From Eledone cirrhosa (lineage: Eukaryota), in contig OZ024750.1 of NCBI GenBank assembly GCA_964016885.1, forward strand, positions 12,462,001 through 12,526,000: DNA of 64,000 nt. Reading direction: 5' to 3'. Shown here piece after piece: positions 1 through 12,890 of this stretch. The position numbers were made by a program, and so were the translations under genes. Positions within the stretch are counted from its first letter, which is position 1. Each line of letters starts with the position of its first letter. The notes under the pieces are model-generated. The model worked only from the letters and a program-made list of their open reading frames with translations. It did no database searches and was not told where the DNA came from.

Positions 1-671
1 AGTAAAAGTCTAAAAATAAATAAATAAAATCTCATCTAAAATCACAAATGTTTTAGAATGACACATATTAGTTAACCTAGGTTACTTTCGTGCTACTAAA
101 TTTTTATCTATGCTCTTCTTTATATGATTATTTTTTGTTTTTCAGAAGTTATTAAAAGTGAGACGTTCATGCTATCGCAACCGATTTCTCAGTCTTAGTC
201 ATGTTTAGCTTCAGGTTCATTGAATCAATCCTCTTCTTCCAAATACAAATTTTTCCTACGGCGCATCATTTGCTTCTGCAGTGATAGGCTGGCTATTCAT
301 CTGTTTATAATCTAAGAGAGTTTAAGGCAGAATCGTTACGGTATTTTTTCTGTTCTCTACAGGTTCTGAGTTCGTATTCCACCAAGGTCAACTTTATCTA
401 TCATCCCCTTTACTAATTTAGGGCGGTGGATTGGTAGAATTGTAAGAGCGTTGGATGAGATAGATGCTTTGCAGTGTCTGATCAGTCTCTTCCGTATTTC
501 CTGAGTTCAAATGCCACCCCTGCTGTCATTGAGAAGATGGCTCCATGAGAGGACTGGGATCCGCATCGTTAACCCACACAGCACCCACACAATAAACAAA
601 CAACACAGTACAACAAAGAACTATATGAACTTAAAAGTCTAAAGCCTGTCTTAAGCCAGAAGGTTCATTTA

Positions 672-918
672 GCTAGTGCTTATCCCGGTTTCATAGCGTG
701 AAGCGACTGAGAGTACAAAACCTTCCCCTGGACAAAACGCCAGTCCATCGCAGGGTTAAACCCCCAGCTATTGCTGGTACTCATTTTCAGCTGAGTATAC
801 TGGAGCAACGTGAAATGAAGTGTTTTGCTCAAGAACACAACATGCAACCCAGAAATCGAACCCACGACATTGTGATCGTAAGTCCAACACCGTTACCACT
901 AGGCCTCCCCGTGCCTCC
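672..918 (-). mobile_element. tRNA-derived SINE with CORE-like body and a non-RTE 3' tail
   Basis: Minus strand has A-box-like AGGCCTAGTGG, B-box GGTTCGATTTC and body TGTTCTTGAGCAAAACACTT...GTTGCTCCAG, shared with the copies at 22733 and 62586. The tail is different: CCTGCGATGGACTGGC...GTCGCTTCACGCTATGAAACCGGGATAAGC. Confidence 0.8.
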
Positions 919-947
919 ACATATTAACTTAACACTTGATATAAGAG

Positions 948-985
948 TATTTACGTTTCTGACACAAGTCCTTCATCAGTAGATA
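948..985 (-). ncRNA. degenerate minimal hammerhead-ribozyme motif (Penelope-type terminal repeat)
   Basis: Minus strand reads CTGATGA-AG-GAC-TTGT-GTC-A-GAAAC-GTA. A homologous truncated copy with similar upstream flank lies at about 60700-60822 (+). Confidence 0.5.
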
Positions 986-1839
986 GAATGAGAAATAAAA
1001 GATGAAATAAAAAGTTAGAGAGTTAGAAGAGGAAGTAACGGAAACAATTTTTTTTTTTAGAAAAAGCACGTGTGTCTTCACACACACACACACACTCTCT
1101 CACACACATATATATTATAACGAACAGCTAGATTTACTTTTAAAATTCGACTAGATATAACCCGTCCAGACAAAAAATAAAAATAGAAATAAAAACAAAA
1201 TAATAACGACAATAAAATTTAAAAAACGAAAGAACCACCCCACTACATTGTCCATTAAGTATGAGATGTCATAATTTCTGTAGGTCAACAGATACAAGTT
1301 AAAATGATGTTCCTTGCCAAGTTCACTTAGTGCAGCTGTTTCACCAAAAGCTTGACATTTTGTACCCACATCGTCTTTATTCAAAGATTTCAAACATTAA
1401 GTTGCATTCTATCCATTTCAACTCTTGTCTTGCTTTGACTTTTACCTCCTCTCCCCTCCCCCCATTATCTCTGGCATTACTCCAGTTTGTCTATAACGAA
1501 ATAGTTTACATTAAAAGCAAGGAAGCACACCGCACACACGCACATAGAAACACATATCACTGCAGAAATACACCCACACATAAACACACACAAACACAAA
1601 AAACACAAACACACACAAACAAACACACACACAAAAAAAACATACACACAAACACACACACATCACTGCTTACACACACACGTATAACCCCATATCACTG
1701 CTTAAACACACATACACACATACGCACATAGAAAGCCACGTCACTGCTTCCACATACACACATACACCCACAAAACCCCTATCTGTGCCCCCCCCCCCCC
1801 TCATATCACTGCTTCCACACACACACAAACCCATCACCC

Positions 1840-1987
1840 CTAGTTCCAGTCTAGAACTAGCTGTTGAAACGACAAGAGCTCAGCTGTCGTGTCCCGACTC
1901 TTTATAATATAATCATACTCTACTACACCAAGTATCGAGTACTCTGTTGAGTAATGGTCTAACTAGTTTTAAACTGATTCTATCCTG

Positions 1988-1990
<3 letters not shown>
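1840..1990 (+). mobile_element. Penelope-like terminal-repeat fragment, family H1 (GAAAC-GGC-NNGAGCTCA-GCC-GTC motif)
   Basis: Homologous to 3130-3195(-), 6009-6185, 12826-12895 and 42660-42815. Several copies share the tail ACTCTACTAC..AAGTATCGAGTACTCTG. Confidence 0.55.
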
Positions 1991-2042
<52 letters not shown>

Positions 2043-2044
2043 AC

Positions 2045-2195
2045 ATTTAATATAGAAATGGCTTGAACAGGACTAGAACTGTTTCTTTCGAAAGAAATCA
2101 TCAATTCTAGTCTTGTAGAAGCCATTTCTAGATTAAATTTGATGCTTACACCCTACTAAGGTATTGAGCACCTAACTTACTGTGGTTAGCCCCTG
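2045..2195. mobile_element. Penelope-like fold-back fragment, family H2
   Basis: Inverted repeat TAGAAATGGCTT...AGCCATTTCTA. Homologous to 45809-46005 and 13113-13170. Minus strand carries TGATGA-TTTC-TTTC-GAAA-GAAAC. Confidence 0.55.
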
Positions 2196-2289
2196 AGAGA
2201 TAAATAGATATATAGATAGATAGAGAGAGAGAGAGTAAAATCAGGGAAAATATAAAATATAATTTTGGTGAACATGTCATTCTCCGAAG

Positions 2290-3400
2290 TAAAAGGAGAT
2301 ATCTTTATTCAAATATTTGAAACAAGAAGCTGAAGAAGCCATTGAAGCATATCTTGCTTCACGTGGATGGTTTGAATAGTTAAGAAATGGTTTAATCTTC
2401 ATAGTATTCTTTGGATAACAGAGGAATTGGCAAGTGTTGATTTCATTGATCGTTTATCATTCTAATAAAAGGTATCTCCAAATCTTGTCTTCCTGTTATA
2501 TAGAAATCTAAGAGAAGAAAAAAACTTCGATTACACAGCATTTGTTTATTGACAGCGTCATTGAGCAAAATGTTACTGTGGGAAGAATAATTCGAGCCCA
2601 CGGCAGTTCTGCTTTTGGTCAACGCTCTTGATCAACCTTTAAACGTTGATTTACTCCAAACGTGCGTCACCTTTTGAAGTTATGTTCATTCCACTAAACA
2701 GAACTTCATTATAAAAGCATATGGACTATGGAGTTATTTCCGTTATCAACGCATATTACCTCATAAAGAAAGAACTTTAAGTCTGTTGATTACAGTGACT
2801 CATGATAAACATTAGTCCACCAAAGAATTGCTGAAAATATATAACTTTATTGTTATAAGTTAATGTTTTGTCTTATTTCTTACTCCACTGGACAGCACTT
2901 TGGCTTGTGTCAGACGTTGTGACCCCAGCTGGACTAGCAGTATCGTTGTTAGAGGTTGAAACTGCCAAAGTCCATCTCAACGGCCGATGACTCTGGAGTT
3001 CTGTATCTTTCGTTTGCATTTTTTATAAAAAATATTTTTTGTTGTTGTTTTGCTTTGTTTTCGTTCGTTGTCTTGTCCTTTCTTTGTTAAGTTTCCTATA
3101 TATATATACATATATATATTTATGAAAAGATTCAGGACCCCGACGGCTGAGCTCCGGCCGTTTCGACAGCTAGATCCGAACTAAGCCATCAGTATTAAAA
3201 CGATCTGCAAGCAATAAAAGCTATTTAAAATGTCCAAGAATAAGTTGAACAAACAACAATTGGGGGACATTAGAAAAATGATGTCCAAATATAATTGGAT
3301 CAAACAGTTTCAATCAGAAATAGTCTTGTATAAATGGTGTAGAGGGATGTGAAGAAGTTGATACAGATGATAATCAAGAGTTATTGTAAGTTCATAATAT
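2290..3400 (+). pseudogene. decayed pogo/Tigger (CENP-B/DDE) transposase, interrupted by Penelope-like fragments at about 2880-3195
   Basis: Manual translation gives ASRGWFE*, VLLLVNALDQP, FEVMFIPLNRTSL*KHMDYGVISVINAYY and GCEEVDTDDNQELL. These match the Tigger motifs ASxGWF, LLLDNAPGHP, FLPPNTTSLIQPMDQGVI..FKAYY and EDVDEDDVEELL. Multiple stops and frameshifts. Confidence 0.75.
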
Positions 3401-3404
3401 TGTT

Positions 3405-3581
3405 GGCACAAGGCCAGCAATTATCTCAGTGTATTACTGGTACTTTATTTTATCGACCCCGTAAGGATGAAAGGCAAAGTTAACCTCGGCGGGATTTGAA
3501 CTCAGACCATAAATGGCCGTAACTCTTTGCTACAAAAGCATGGCGTCCGACGCTCTACCGATACTGCCAATCCACCACCCT
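3405..3581 (-). mobile_element. tRNA-derived Nin/Deu-domain SINE (family A)
   Basis: Minus strand reads GGTGGATTGGCAGTATCGGTAGAG, B-box GAGTTCAAATC, then ACTTTGCCTTTCATCCTTACGGGGTCGATAAAATAAAGTACCAG. Confidence 0.85.
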
Positions 3582-3955
3582 ACTTCATAATATGACTTCA
3601 TAATATGACTCTAAACCAGCAACATTTTGTCACTTTTGTAGAGGTAAAACTTTCTTACAACTCACTATATTTTAATCATAACCAACAGTTATATTCCTTG
3701 TACAAAGCTCTCTAAATGAATTAAACAAGATAAGTTGAAATTGGACTTAACCTTTCTTAATGAGATACTTCGACTTGATGTTAACAATTACAGGTTTTAA
3801 TATCCGGTACTCATTCTTGATGAAGTCGGCGAATTAGCAGAGTCGTTAGAGCATCCGATAGAATGTTTTGCAGTATTCGTTCCGGGTCTCTGCGCCCTGA
3901 GTTCAAATCTCGCATTTCAAAGTAGATTCTTTTTCTATATCTCTTTCGCGCCCCT

Positions 3956-4008
<53 letters not shown>

Positions 4009-4204
4009 CTCTCTCTCTCTCTCTCTCTCCAAGAAATCAGTTGAGTTCAGACCTGGAGAAGGGAGAGTCTCCGCCAAGTTTAAAATGCCAAAGACACGTT
4101 CTATGGCACCCCTACGGTTCTATCAAGAGTTACAGCTCCATCTATACATTCTCTCCAACACATTCACGTCTCTGCCAACGCACCGTTTTAATATTGTTCC
4201 ATCA

Positions 4205-4830
4205 ATCAAGGTTTCTAATTTAACCATTTTGATGGGATGGCAAAGTCGATTAAATCAATTTCAATACTTGACTAATATTTTATTTATCAGCCTCGGAAGG
4301 ATAAAAAGCAGGATTTGAACTCAGAACACCGTAACTAAACACCGCAAAGCATTTTGTTCGCCACTCTAATATAATTGTTTCTACTTTAGGCACAAGGCCA
4401 GCAATTACCCAGTGCATTACTGGTACTTTATTTTATCGACCCCGTAAGGATTAAAGGCAAAGTCAACCTCGGCGGGATTTGAACTCAGATCGTAAAGGGA
4501 CGTAACTATGCTGGAAAGCATGGCGTCCGACCCTCCACCGATACTGCCAATCCACCGCCCTGTTCGCCACTCTAATATAATGGTTTCTTATATAGACATA
4601 AGGCTTGCAATTTAGTGGGAGGGGAAAGTCGATTAAATCGACCTCAGTGTGTGACTGGTACGTTATTTTATCGACCCCGTAAGGATGAAAGGCAAAGTTA
4701 ACCTTGGCGGGATTTGAACTCAGATCACAAAGAGCCGTAACTCTATGCTGCAAAAAATGGCGTCCGACCCTCTACCGATACCGCCAATCCACCACCCCTG
4801 CCAATCCACCACCCCTGCCAATCCACCTAA
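4205..4830 (-). mobile_element. stack of three family-A SINEs in the same orientation
   Basis: Copies at about 4205-4370, 4372-4561 and 4578-4798. The head fragment GCCAATCCACCACCCCT is triplicated at 4782-4828. Confidence 0.85.
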
Positions 4831-5179
4831 TATAATAATCGTAAAAAGAAAGAAAATGAAAGAAACTCTTAGCCTATATTTGACCACCATACTCCCCACA
4901 AATCATACTCTACAGGAGTTTCCTGTACATAGGAAAATACGGGAGAGTCACGGCTTGAATGCTTCGATGGTATGTCTGCTTAATCAAATTTGACCTAAGC
5001 TAAATGATAACAACAAATCGAAGTAATTTTATATTATGAAACAACAAATCCATGAAATAATCAATCACAGAATCTATTGTTGTTCATTTATAACAATCAG
5101 TCTTTCTAAATACTTAACCTCCAATATACTCACGTGTCACTACACCATATCCAGTCAAATTAAGTATGGAACAATAGTT

Positions 5180-5675
5180 TCTCATAGAGTCATAAAGGCA
5201 CCGTAGTGATAGACGGCGTATCTTAGCGTATCTTGGGCACGTTTTTAAAACCGAGCGGAGTCCTTTAGCTTTCAACTTCTGAACACAGCCAATTTCTCCC
5301 AGAGAGAGAGAGAGAGAGAGAGAGAGAATTGACTCTAGTACTGGACTGGTACTTTTTTTTTATCCACCTCGAAAGGATAAAAGGCAAAGTTGATAGACGG
5401 CATAACTTGCCGTATCTTGGGCACGTTTTTAAAACCTGGTGGAGCCCATTACCTCTCCACGTCTGAACACAGCCAATTTCTTCCAGAGAAAGAGAGAGAT
5501 AAAGGAAGAATTGACACTAGTACTGGACTGGTACTTTTTTTTATCCACCTCGAAAGGAGAAAAGGCAAAGTTTACCTCAGCAGGATTTGAACTCAGAACA
5601 CAGACAGCAAGAATGAATACTGCAAAACATTCTACTTGACGTTCTATTTGACGCTCTAGCGACTCTGCCAATTCT
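5180..5675 (-). mobile_element. two family-A-related SINEs with an alternative (type B) tail
   Basis: Nin-domain body plus tail GTGTTCAGA...TTTTAAAAACGTGCCCAAGATACG. The same tail type occurs at 4028-4150, 19990-20140, 41900-42030 and 50360-50465. Confidence 0.7.
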
Positions 5676-5906
5676 CATGATATAGAGCAGTGTGTCTGCT
5701 ATCAGCTATTTCATTGCGTCTCTTCGAACTAATATACCAGTTGCATATTTTGTCCGCTGGGATCAATGAAGCGCTATATGCCTGAAGATTTACATGTCGG
5801 AATGACATAGCGGACGAACAGGGGAAGGTGTGACAAGCTTTCATCGTCTGGTTTGTGCCATTACCGTTGGCCATTATATACATACACACACACACACACA
5901 CACATC

Positions 5907-6185
<279 letters not shown>

Positions 6186-6699
6186 TTCTTTGTTATATAC
6201 ACAGTATATTCAAGACACTATTAAGCTACATTTTCCAAACAGAAAGTGTATATATAAGCGTTATGTCCAGTCCAGTATTTATATCTGACTGTTCCGAAAC
6301 CAATGACAACACACATCACATATGAACATTCATCAATCCATAACTATTTTCGTTCTGTCCAATTTATATTCTTTGGCAATTTCCACTGAAACAGTAACAA
6401 TTTTCCTCCAAACACACATCAAACAATTGCTTTAATAAGAAATTGCTTTTACAGTAAAAAAAAAAGAAAGAACGTTTTCTTGCGGAAACAGCTTTGCAGT
6501 ATTGCCAACTATTTTACATCTACACCTTGGGCATATCCTGGATTAACTTTTAAGCAAAATATGCACGTGTTTGGGTCTCAAGTAAAACGAGAGAGGGCCC
6601 CTTTGCTGTAGTAGTGGTGGTGGTGGGTTGGGGTTGACAGTCCTGTAGCGAAGGGCCCATAATATCTAAAGCCCGTATGGGTCCCACATAGGATATGTC

Positions 6700-6822
6700 T
6701 CATCATAAGACGGGCCGGGCCACACTACTAAAAACATTCAAGGCAATTTTGAAATTAGGCGTGCCATTCAAGAAGCCCAACGGGCCGCATGCGGCTCGCT
6801 GGTCGCATTTTGCCCAAGACTG
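6700..6822 (+). mobile_element. probable hAT-type MITE end
   Basis: CGGGCCGCATGCGGCTCGC...TTTGCCCAAGACTG resembles hAT/Charlie subterminal ends. Recalled similarity only. Confidence 0.35.
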
Positions 6823-7002
6823 ATCTAAGGGTTCCCAAAAAATTGTTTTTGCCACAATAAATAATATATTACATCTACATGAATCTCATGAGGAAGAAGG
6901 TAGAAAACAATGGCCTATACACTTTCACTATTAAATTAAAATCAACTTGACACCGGGCCCCCAATAAAATTTACAACCAGGGAGGACTATATTGAAGCTT
7001 AA

Positions 7003-7200
7003 CCCTCTAGTATTTACATTATTCTATATTTACTATTGTATTTTCTTGGTAAAGACTTTACCTCACATAATATCGAATCTATGAAATTTTGATATTATTT
7101 ATGTTGAGAACAATACCTTAACATCAGTATGAATGGCCGGTTATAGCCGGTTTGAGAAGAAAGAGGTGAGAGCGTTCTGGCCGGTTTAAATGCTAAAGGG
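7003..7200 (+). mobile_element. piggyBac-type non-autonomous MITE
   Basis: TTAA on both flanks (6999-7002, 7201-7204) and TIRs CCCTCTAGTATTTA / TAAATGCTAAAGGG. Further copies at 18893-19095, 21829-22040, 34174-34706 and 56240-56458. Confidence 0.8.
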
Positions 7201-8259
7201 TTAAACTAGTTCTGCTTCATAGAAGTTTATTTTGGTGGGGAGACATATACAATGTTTTTGGTGTACCACAATCTTGTCAGTGCTTAGTTCAAGAGAAACG
7301 ACTTCGCCAAAGTAGAAATATTTAGTAACACATTGCCGAATGTTAGATAACAGCTAGAACAAACCCTTAAAGTATCCTATGACAAATAAGCTGGCTACAA
7401 GACAAGATCCCCACCCACAAACTTCCAAAATACAAATAAAAATAAACAAACTTTCGTGGCCGCCAAACAAACTAATACCAGCGAAAGTTTTACAAAGTGA
7501 GGGATCGCCATATTTCATAGGTGCGTGTGTATATATATATATATACATATATAGTATGTGTGTATATGTGTGTATACAAACTCAGGAAAATCAACAGAGA
7601 AGACAAGACAATGAACGAAAACAAAGCAAAACGAAAAAACAATTTTTTTTAATGGTAAACCTTAAAAAATTATTTATTGAAAATAAATATACAAACGAAA
7701 GACAGAACCTCAGGGTCATCAGTCGTTATATATATATATATATATAACGACCGATGGCCCTGGAGTTCTGTGTATACACACATGTATATATATGTGTGTG
7801 TGTGTTCGGGTATGCATGAGTTAGTGAGTTAGTATATACATTTGTTGCATGTGAGGGCGTGCGTGCGTGTATATTTCAAATGAAACTGATTAGATAGAAA
7901 TTAAGTTTAAAATCTGGATATACAGTATCAAGATTTCCATTGTTAAAGTTGAAAATAGAAGATAAATAGTAATACGTTTGTTGCATCCGTTATAGATATA
8001 AGAGGTGGACGAGGTGCAGTAGATAACAACACAGAAAAATCGTAAGAAATAGAGAAAAAGGTAAACAAAAACTCGACATTATCAAACACAAGAAAAAAAT
8101 AAAAAGAAGTTATCATTGGAAGAAAATTCGTGCTATAAAAACTATTAGTATGGTAAATGTGTAGAGTTTTTTTATTGTGGAGAATAAACTGGAGTCTAGG
8201 GAGGAGTTTACTGATAATAGAAGCCGTGGAAGATAGTGGTGGGGAAGAATAGAGACGGG

Positions 8260-8700
8260 TTGGAGAAACAAAGAGAGTTATAGAGTGGTTAAGATGGTGA
8301 AGAATCGAGAGAGGGTTGGAGAGACAAAGAAAGAGTTATAGAGTGGTTAATATAGATAGATAGATATGGAGAAGAATAGAGAGAGACAGAGAGTTACGAG
8401 AGAGGGTTTGGAGAGACAAAGAAAGAGTTATAGAGTGGTTAATATAGATAGATAGATATGGAGAAGAATAGAGAGAGACAGAGAGTTACAAGAGAGGGTT
8501 TGGAGAGACAAAGAAAGAGTTATAGAGTGGTTAATATAGATAGATAGATATGGAGAAGAATAGAGAGAGACAGAGAGTTACAAGAGAGGGTTTGGAGAGA
8601 CAAAGAAAGAGTTATAGAGTGGTTAAGATAGATGTGGAGAAGAATAGAGAAAGACAGAGAGTTAGAAAAGTGAAGGTTAGAGAGACAATCAAAGAGTTAT
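8260..8700. repeat. purine-rich 92-bp tandem repeat (about 3.7 copies plus shorter degenerate units)
   Basis: GAGAGACAAAGAAAGAGTTATAGAGTGGTTAA recurs at 8319, 8411, 8503 and 8595. Confidence 0.85.
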
Positions 8701-9153
8701 AGGGAGGAAAGTTAGAGGTAAACAGCTATATAGAAATAAAAGGAGGAGGAATAGAGAAAGTGAGAGACAAGATGGGAAGGCGAGGCTGGTGATGGGTCAA
8801 GAGTTGTTAGTTCTATAACTACCACCATTACTATATGTACCTCTATCACGACAATAATAACAACTATTATTACTACTAATCCAGAGAAAGTGGGAGACAA
8901 AGCGAGATTGGTGCATAGTCAAGAGTATTTAGTTCTATAACTACAACAACCATTACTATCTATACCTCTACTATCACGGCAACTAAAACTACCACCACTA
9001 CTACTATTTTTTTTTACTATTACCTCTAGTACTACCACCACTACTACTAACAGTACTATTACCACCACTGGTACTAACACTATTATTACCACCACCACTA
9101 CTACTAACAGTACTATTATCACCACCACCACTACTACGAATATTACTAATACC

Positions 9154-9184
<31 letters not shown>

Positions 9185-9309
9185 TCACTGCAAGACCTAC
9201 CAGTTGGTATCCACTAATAATAGTGACAGTCGTAGTAACTCTCTCTCTCACACACACACAGTCTCTTTCTGTGTCTCTCCCCCTCTCTGTCTCACACACA
9301 CACACACAC

Positions 9310-9435
9310 ACTCTCTCTCTGTTGTGTAATGACAGCTGCTACTGTTATTATTATCAATAGTCGAGCTGACGGCTGTCATTTACTAGAAAAGGATGAATCT
9401 CTTTATTCGCTGATATAAATGTATCTTGGGTAAGT
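9310..9435 (+). other. candidate first exon with strong splice donor
   Basis: Unique non-repeat island ending ATGTATCTTGG|GTAAGT (GT at 9430). No downstream exon identified. Confidence 0.25.
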
Positions 9436-9639
9436 AAAACTATAATAATTTATATAATTACTCTAGACAGACAAAAAAAACAAACAATCATCACTGTTAT
9501 ATTACTAAAATACTAATTACTATATGGTTCAACTTTCTTCATTTGTCTGTGTATCTCACCAGTTAGCTTTGGTGTTTTCTTCGATTCTTGAATCGTATAT
9601 TCTCGTTTATTTATATTTTTGTTTAATCTGGGCTATTTA

Positions 9640-9676
9640 TGTGTGTATGTATATATATATATATATATATACATAC

Positions 9677-9723
<47 letters not shown>

Positions 9724-9763
9724 TACATACGTGTGTGTGTATATATATATATATATATACATA

Positions 9764-9795
<32 letters not shown>

Positions 9796-9805
9796 CATAC
9801 GTGTG

Positions 9806-9851
<46 letters not shown>

Positions 9852-9928
9852 CATGTGTGTATATATATACATTATACATACGTGTATATGTATATATATA
9901 TATATATATGTATATATATACACATACG

Positions 9929-9959
<31 letters not shown>

Positions 9960-10178
9960 ATACACATACGTGTGTATATATGTATATATATACACATACG
10001 TGTGTATATATATATATATATACATACGTGTGTATATATATATACATACGTGTGTATATATATACATACGTGTGTATATATATACATACGTGTGTATATA
10101 TATACATACGTGTGTATATATATACATACGTGTGTATATATATATACACATACGTGTGTATATATATATATATACATA

Positions 10179-10220
<42 letters not shown>

Positions 10221-10435
10221 CGTGTGTGTATATATATACATTATACATACGTGTGTGTATATATATGTATATATATACATACGTGTGTATATATATGTAT
10301 ATATATATATATACATACGTGTATATATATATACATACGTGTATATATATGTATATCTATATATATACATACGTGTATATATATATACATACGTGTGTAT
10401 ATATATGTATATCTATATATATACATACGTGTATA

Positions 10436-10473
<38 letters not shown>

Positions 10474-10668
10474 CGTGTGTATATGTGTATATATATGTAT
10501 ATATATACATACGTGTGTGTATATATATATATATACATATACGTGTGTATATATACATACGTGTATATATATATATATATATATACATACGTGTGTGTAT
10601 ATATATATACATACATGTGTGTATATATATATACATACATGTGTATATATATATATATACATACATAC

Positions 10669-10719
<51 letters not shown>

Positions 10720-10830
10720 CGTGTATATATATATGTGTGTGTATATATATGTGCATACTTATATATATATATATATATACATACGTGTGTGTATATATAT
10801 ATACATACGTGTGTATATATATATATTTGT
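9640..10830. repeat. compound (TA)n / TACATACGTGTG microsatellite
   Basis: Directly visible. It explains the YI/HTCV ORFs. Confidence 0.95.
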
Positions 10831-10883
10831 TAATCCGTATATATATATATACGGATTAACAAATAATAGTTTTTCCTGATTTA

Positions 10884-10922
<39 letters not shown>

Positions 10923-10924
<2 letters not shown>

Positions 10925-11016
10925 TAAAGAAAACACAAAATAAACAACTCCACAGCGTGTAGGCAGATGATTATATATATACACACACATGTATTTATAT
11001 AGATTTATATAATATG

Positions 11017-11055
<39 letters not shown>

Positions 11056-11174
11056 GTGTGTGTGTGTATATATATATATGTATATATATATGTAAATCTA
11101 TATAAATACATGTGTGTGTATATATATAATCTGCCTACACGCTGTGGAGTTGTTTATTTTGTGTTTTCTTCAGT
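10923..11174. repeat. inverted repeat with (TA)-rich spacer
   Basis: AAGAAAACACAAAATAAACAACTCCACAGCGTGTAGGCAGAT...ATCTGCCTACACGCTGTGGAGTTGTTTATTTTGTGTTTTCTT. The right flank (11175-11240) is homologous to 9570-9648. Confidence 0.85.
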
Positions 11175-11296
11175 TCCTCAATCGTATATTCTCGGCTATA
11201 TATATACTTCTGTTTAATCTGGGCTATTTACGTGTGTATAAATATATATATATTTATATATATAAAGCTCTGGCCGTTTCGATAGCTATATCGAAC

Positions 11297-11340
<44 letters not shown>

Positions 11341-11829
11341 TAAATGGAGACATTGACGTACTCAATGTTTTATTATATATATTTCAGAGGTACTGTGGTG
11401 TTTTTCAGTACGTCCTCGTCAGATAAAAAATATATATATATATATAGTTCATCTACCTACACGTTGTGGAGTTGTTTATTTGGTGTCTATTCCACCTTGG
11501 CAACAGTCCTCTCTTTTTTTACTTTATTTTATTTGTTTACAGAATATAATTGTTTCTACTTTAGGCACAAGGCCAGCAATCACCCAGTGTATTACTGGTA
11601 CTTTATTTTATCGACCTCGTAAGGATGAAAGGCAAAGTTTACAGAATATAATATTGCTTCGTGATATATTCCACATTAACGCTCTTGTCATACACACAGA
11701 CATACACATACATACAGACATACATAATATAAACATACATATACGTACCTACCCATACGCACTTACATTCATACACACGCAGACACACACGTATATACAT
11801 ACATAGACATAAACATTCAGACGTACATA

Positions 11830-12170
11830 CATAATATAAACATACATATACGTACGCACTTACATACATATGTATACACAGACCACTCACATAAACATAC
11901 ATATACGTACGCACTTACATACATTCACATACATATGTATACACAGACCACTCACATAAACATACATATACGAACGCACTTACATACATACATATGTATA
12001 CACAGACCACTCACATAAACATACATATACGAACGCACTTACATACATTCACATACATATGTATACACAGACCACTCACATAAACATACATATACGTACG
12101 CACTTACATACATTCACGTACATATGTATACACAGACCACTCACATAAACATACATATACGTACGCACTT
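11830..12170. repeat. about 60-70-bp minisatellite
   Basis: CATATGTATACACAGACCACTCACATAAACATACATATACG(T/A)ACGCACTTA occurs about 5 times. Confidence 0.85.
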
Positions 12171-12812
12171 AAATATATACAGACACACACACACACACAC
12201 TTTTTCCTCTCTCCTTCTTTCTCTCTTTCTCTACCTCTCTTGCTTTCCCCCTCTTTCTCTCACTAGAAGATACTTAACCAAATTAAATATTATTTCCCAT
12301 TGTATTTAATTTCACCCTCAACTGGTGTTAAAAAATGTTACTGTTTATTTTTATTTTTAATTATATGCCTCCTCCTTGAAATGACAACTAAAAACTTATT
12401 TTTGTGTCCTTAAAAAAACAACAGCACTAACAACAACAACAACAACAGTAGCAATAACACCACGATCATATTTCAGTTATGTCTTTATATCTGGAAGTCA
12501 CTTGTTTCGTCCTATTTCTTCTTTCTATTATTCTACAAACAAAACGTATTACTTACTCCATGTTGTAACCCAAAGTTTATATGGTTCGTTGATTATTCAA
12601 CGAATTCAATTTTACAATAGATTAGAGACACTCAACAGTGTCTATCTGGAGTATCTATAATATTCTATATATATATATATAATAGTTGTTTAACTTGTTC
12701 TTCGTTGTTTCTTTCCATATTGATCCATTCTTTTCTATACACTCTTTCACGTGCTCTTGTCAATTGCTGTTTTCTTTCCAAACACCCAGGTAGAACTAAG
12801 TGAAATGTTATT

Positions 12813-12890
12813 ATCCCTGTGTAATCTGATGAAGACTATATATACATGTTTGTATAGTCGAAACGGCTTGAGCTCAGCTGTCGGGGTCTT
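12813..12890 (+). ncRNA. hammerhead-ribozyme-like motif (type I topology, helix I uncertain)
   Basis: CTGATGA(12826)-A-[GACTATA...TATAGTC helix II]-GAAAC-[GGC TTGAGCTCA GCT]-GTC(12880-12882). Lies in a ~172-bp tandem duplication. Confidence 0.6.

Noticed and set aside
200-300. Possible minus-strand terminal exon (KQMMRRRKNLYLEEED*)
   Set aside because: No recognisable homology and no linked upstream exons. Similar weak candidates at about 4908-4975 and 6330-6385 are also unsupported.
9524-10879. 400-450 aa ORFs in several frames
   Set aside because: Translations of the TA/TACATACGTG microsatellite, open on both strands.
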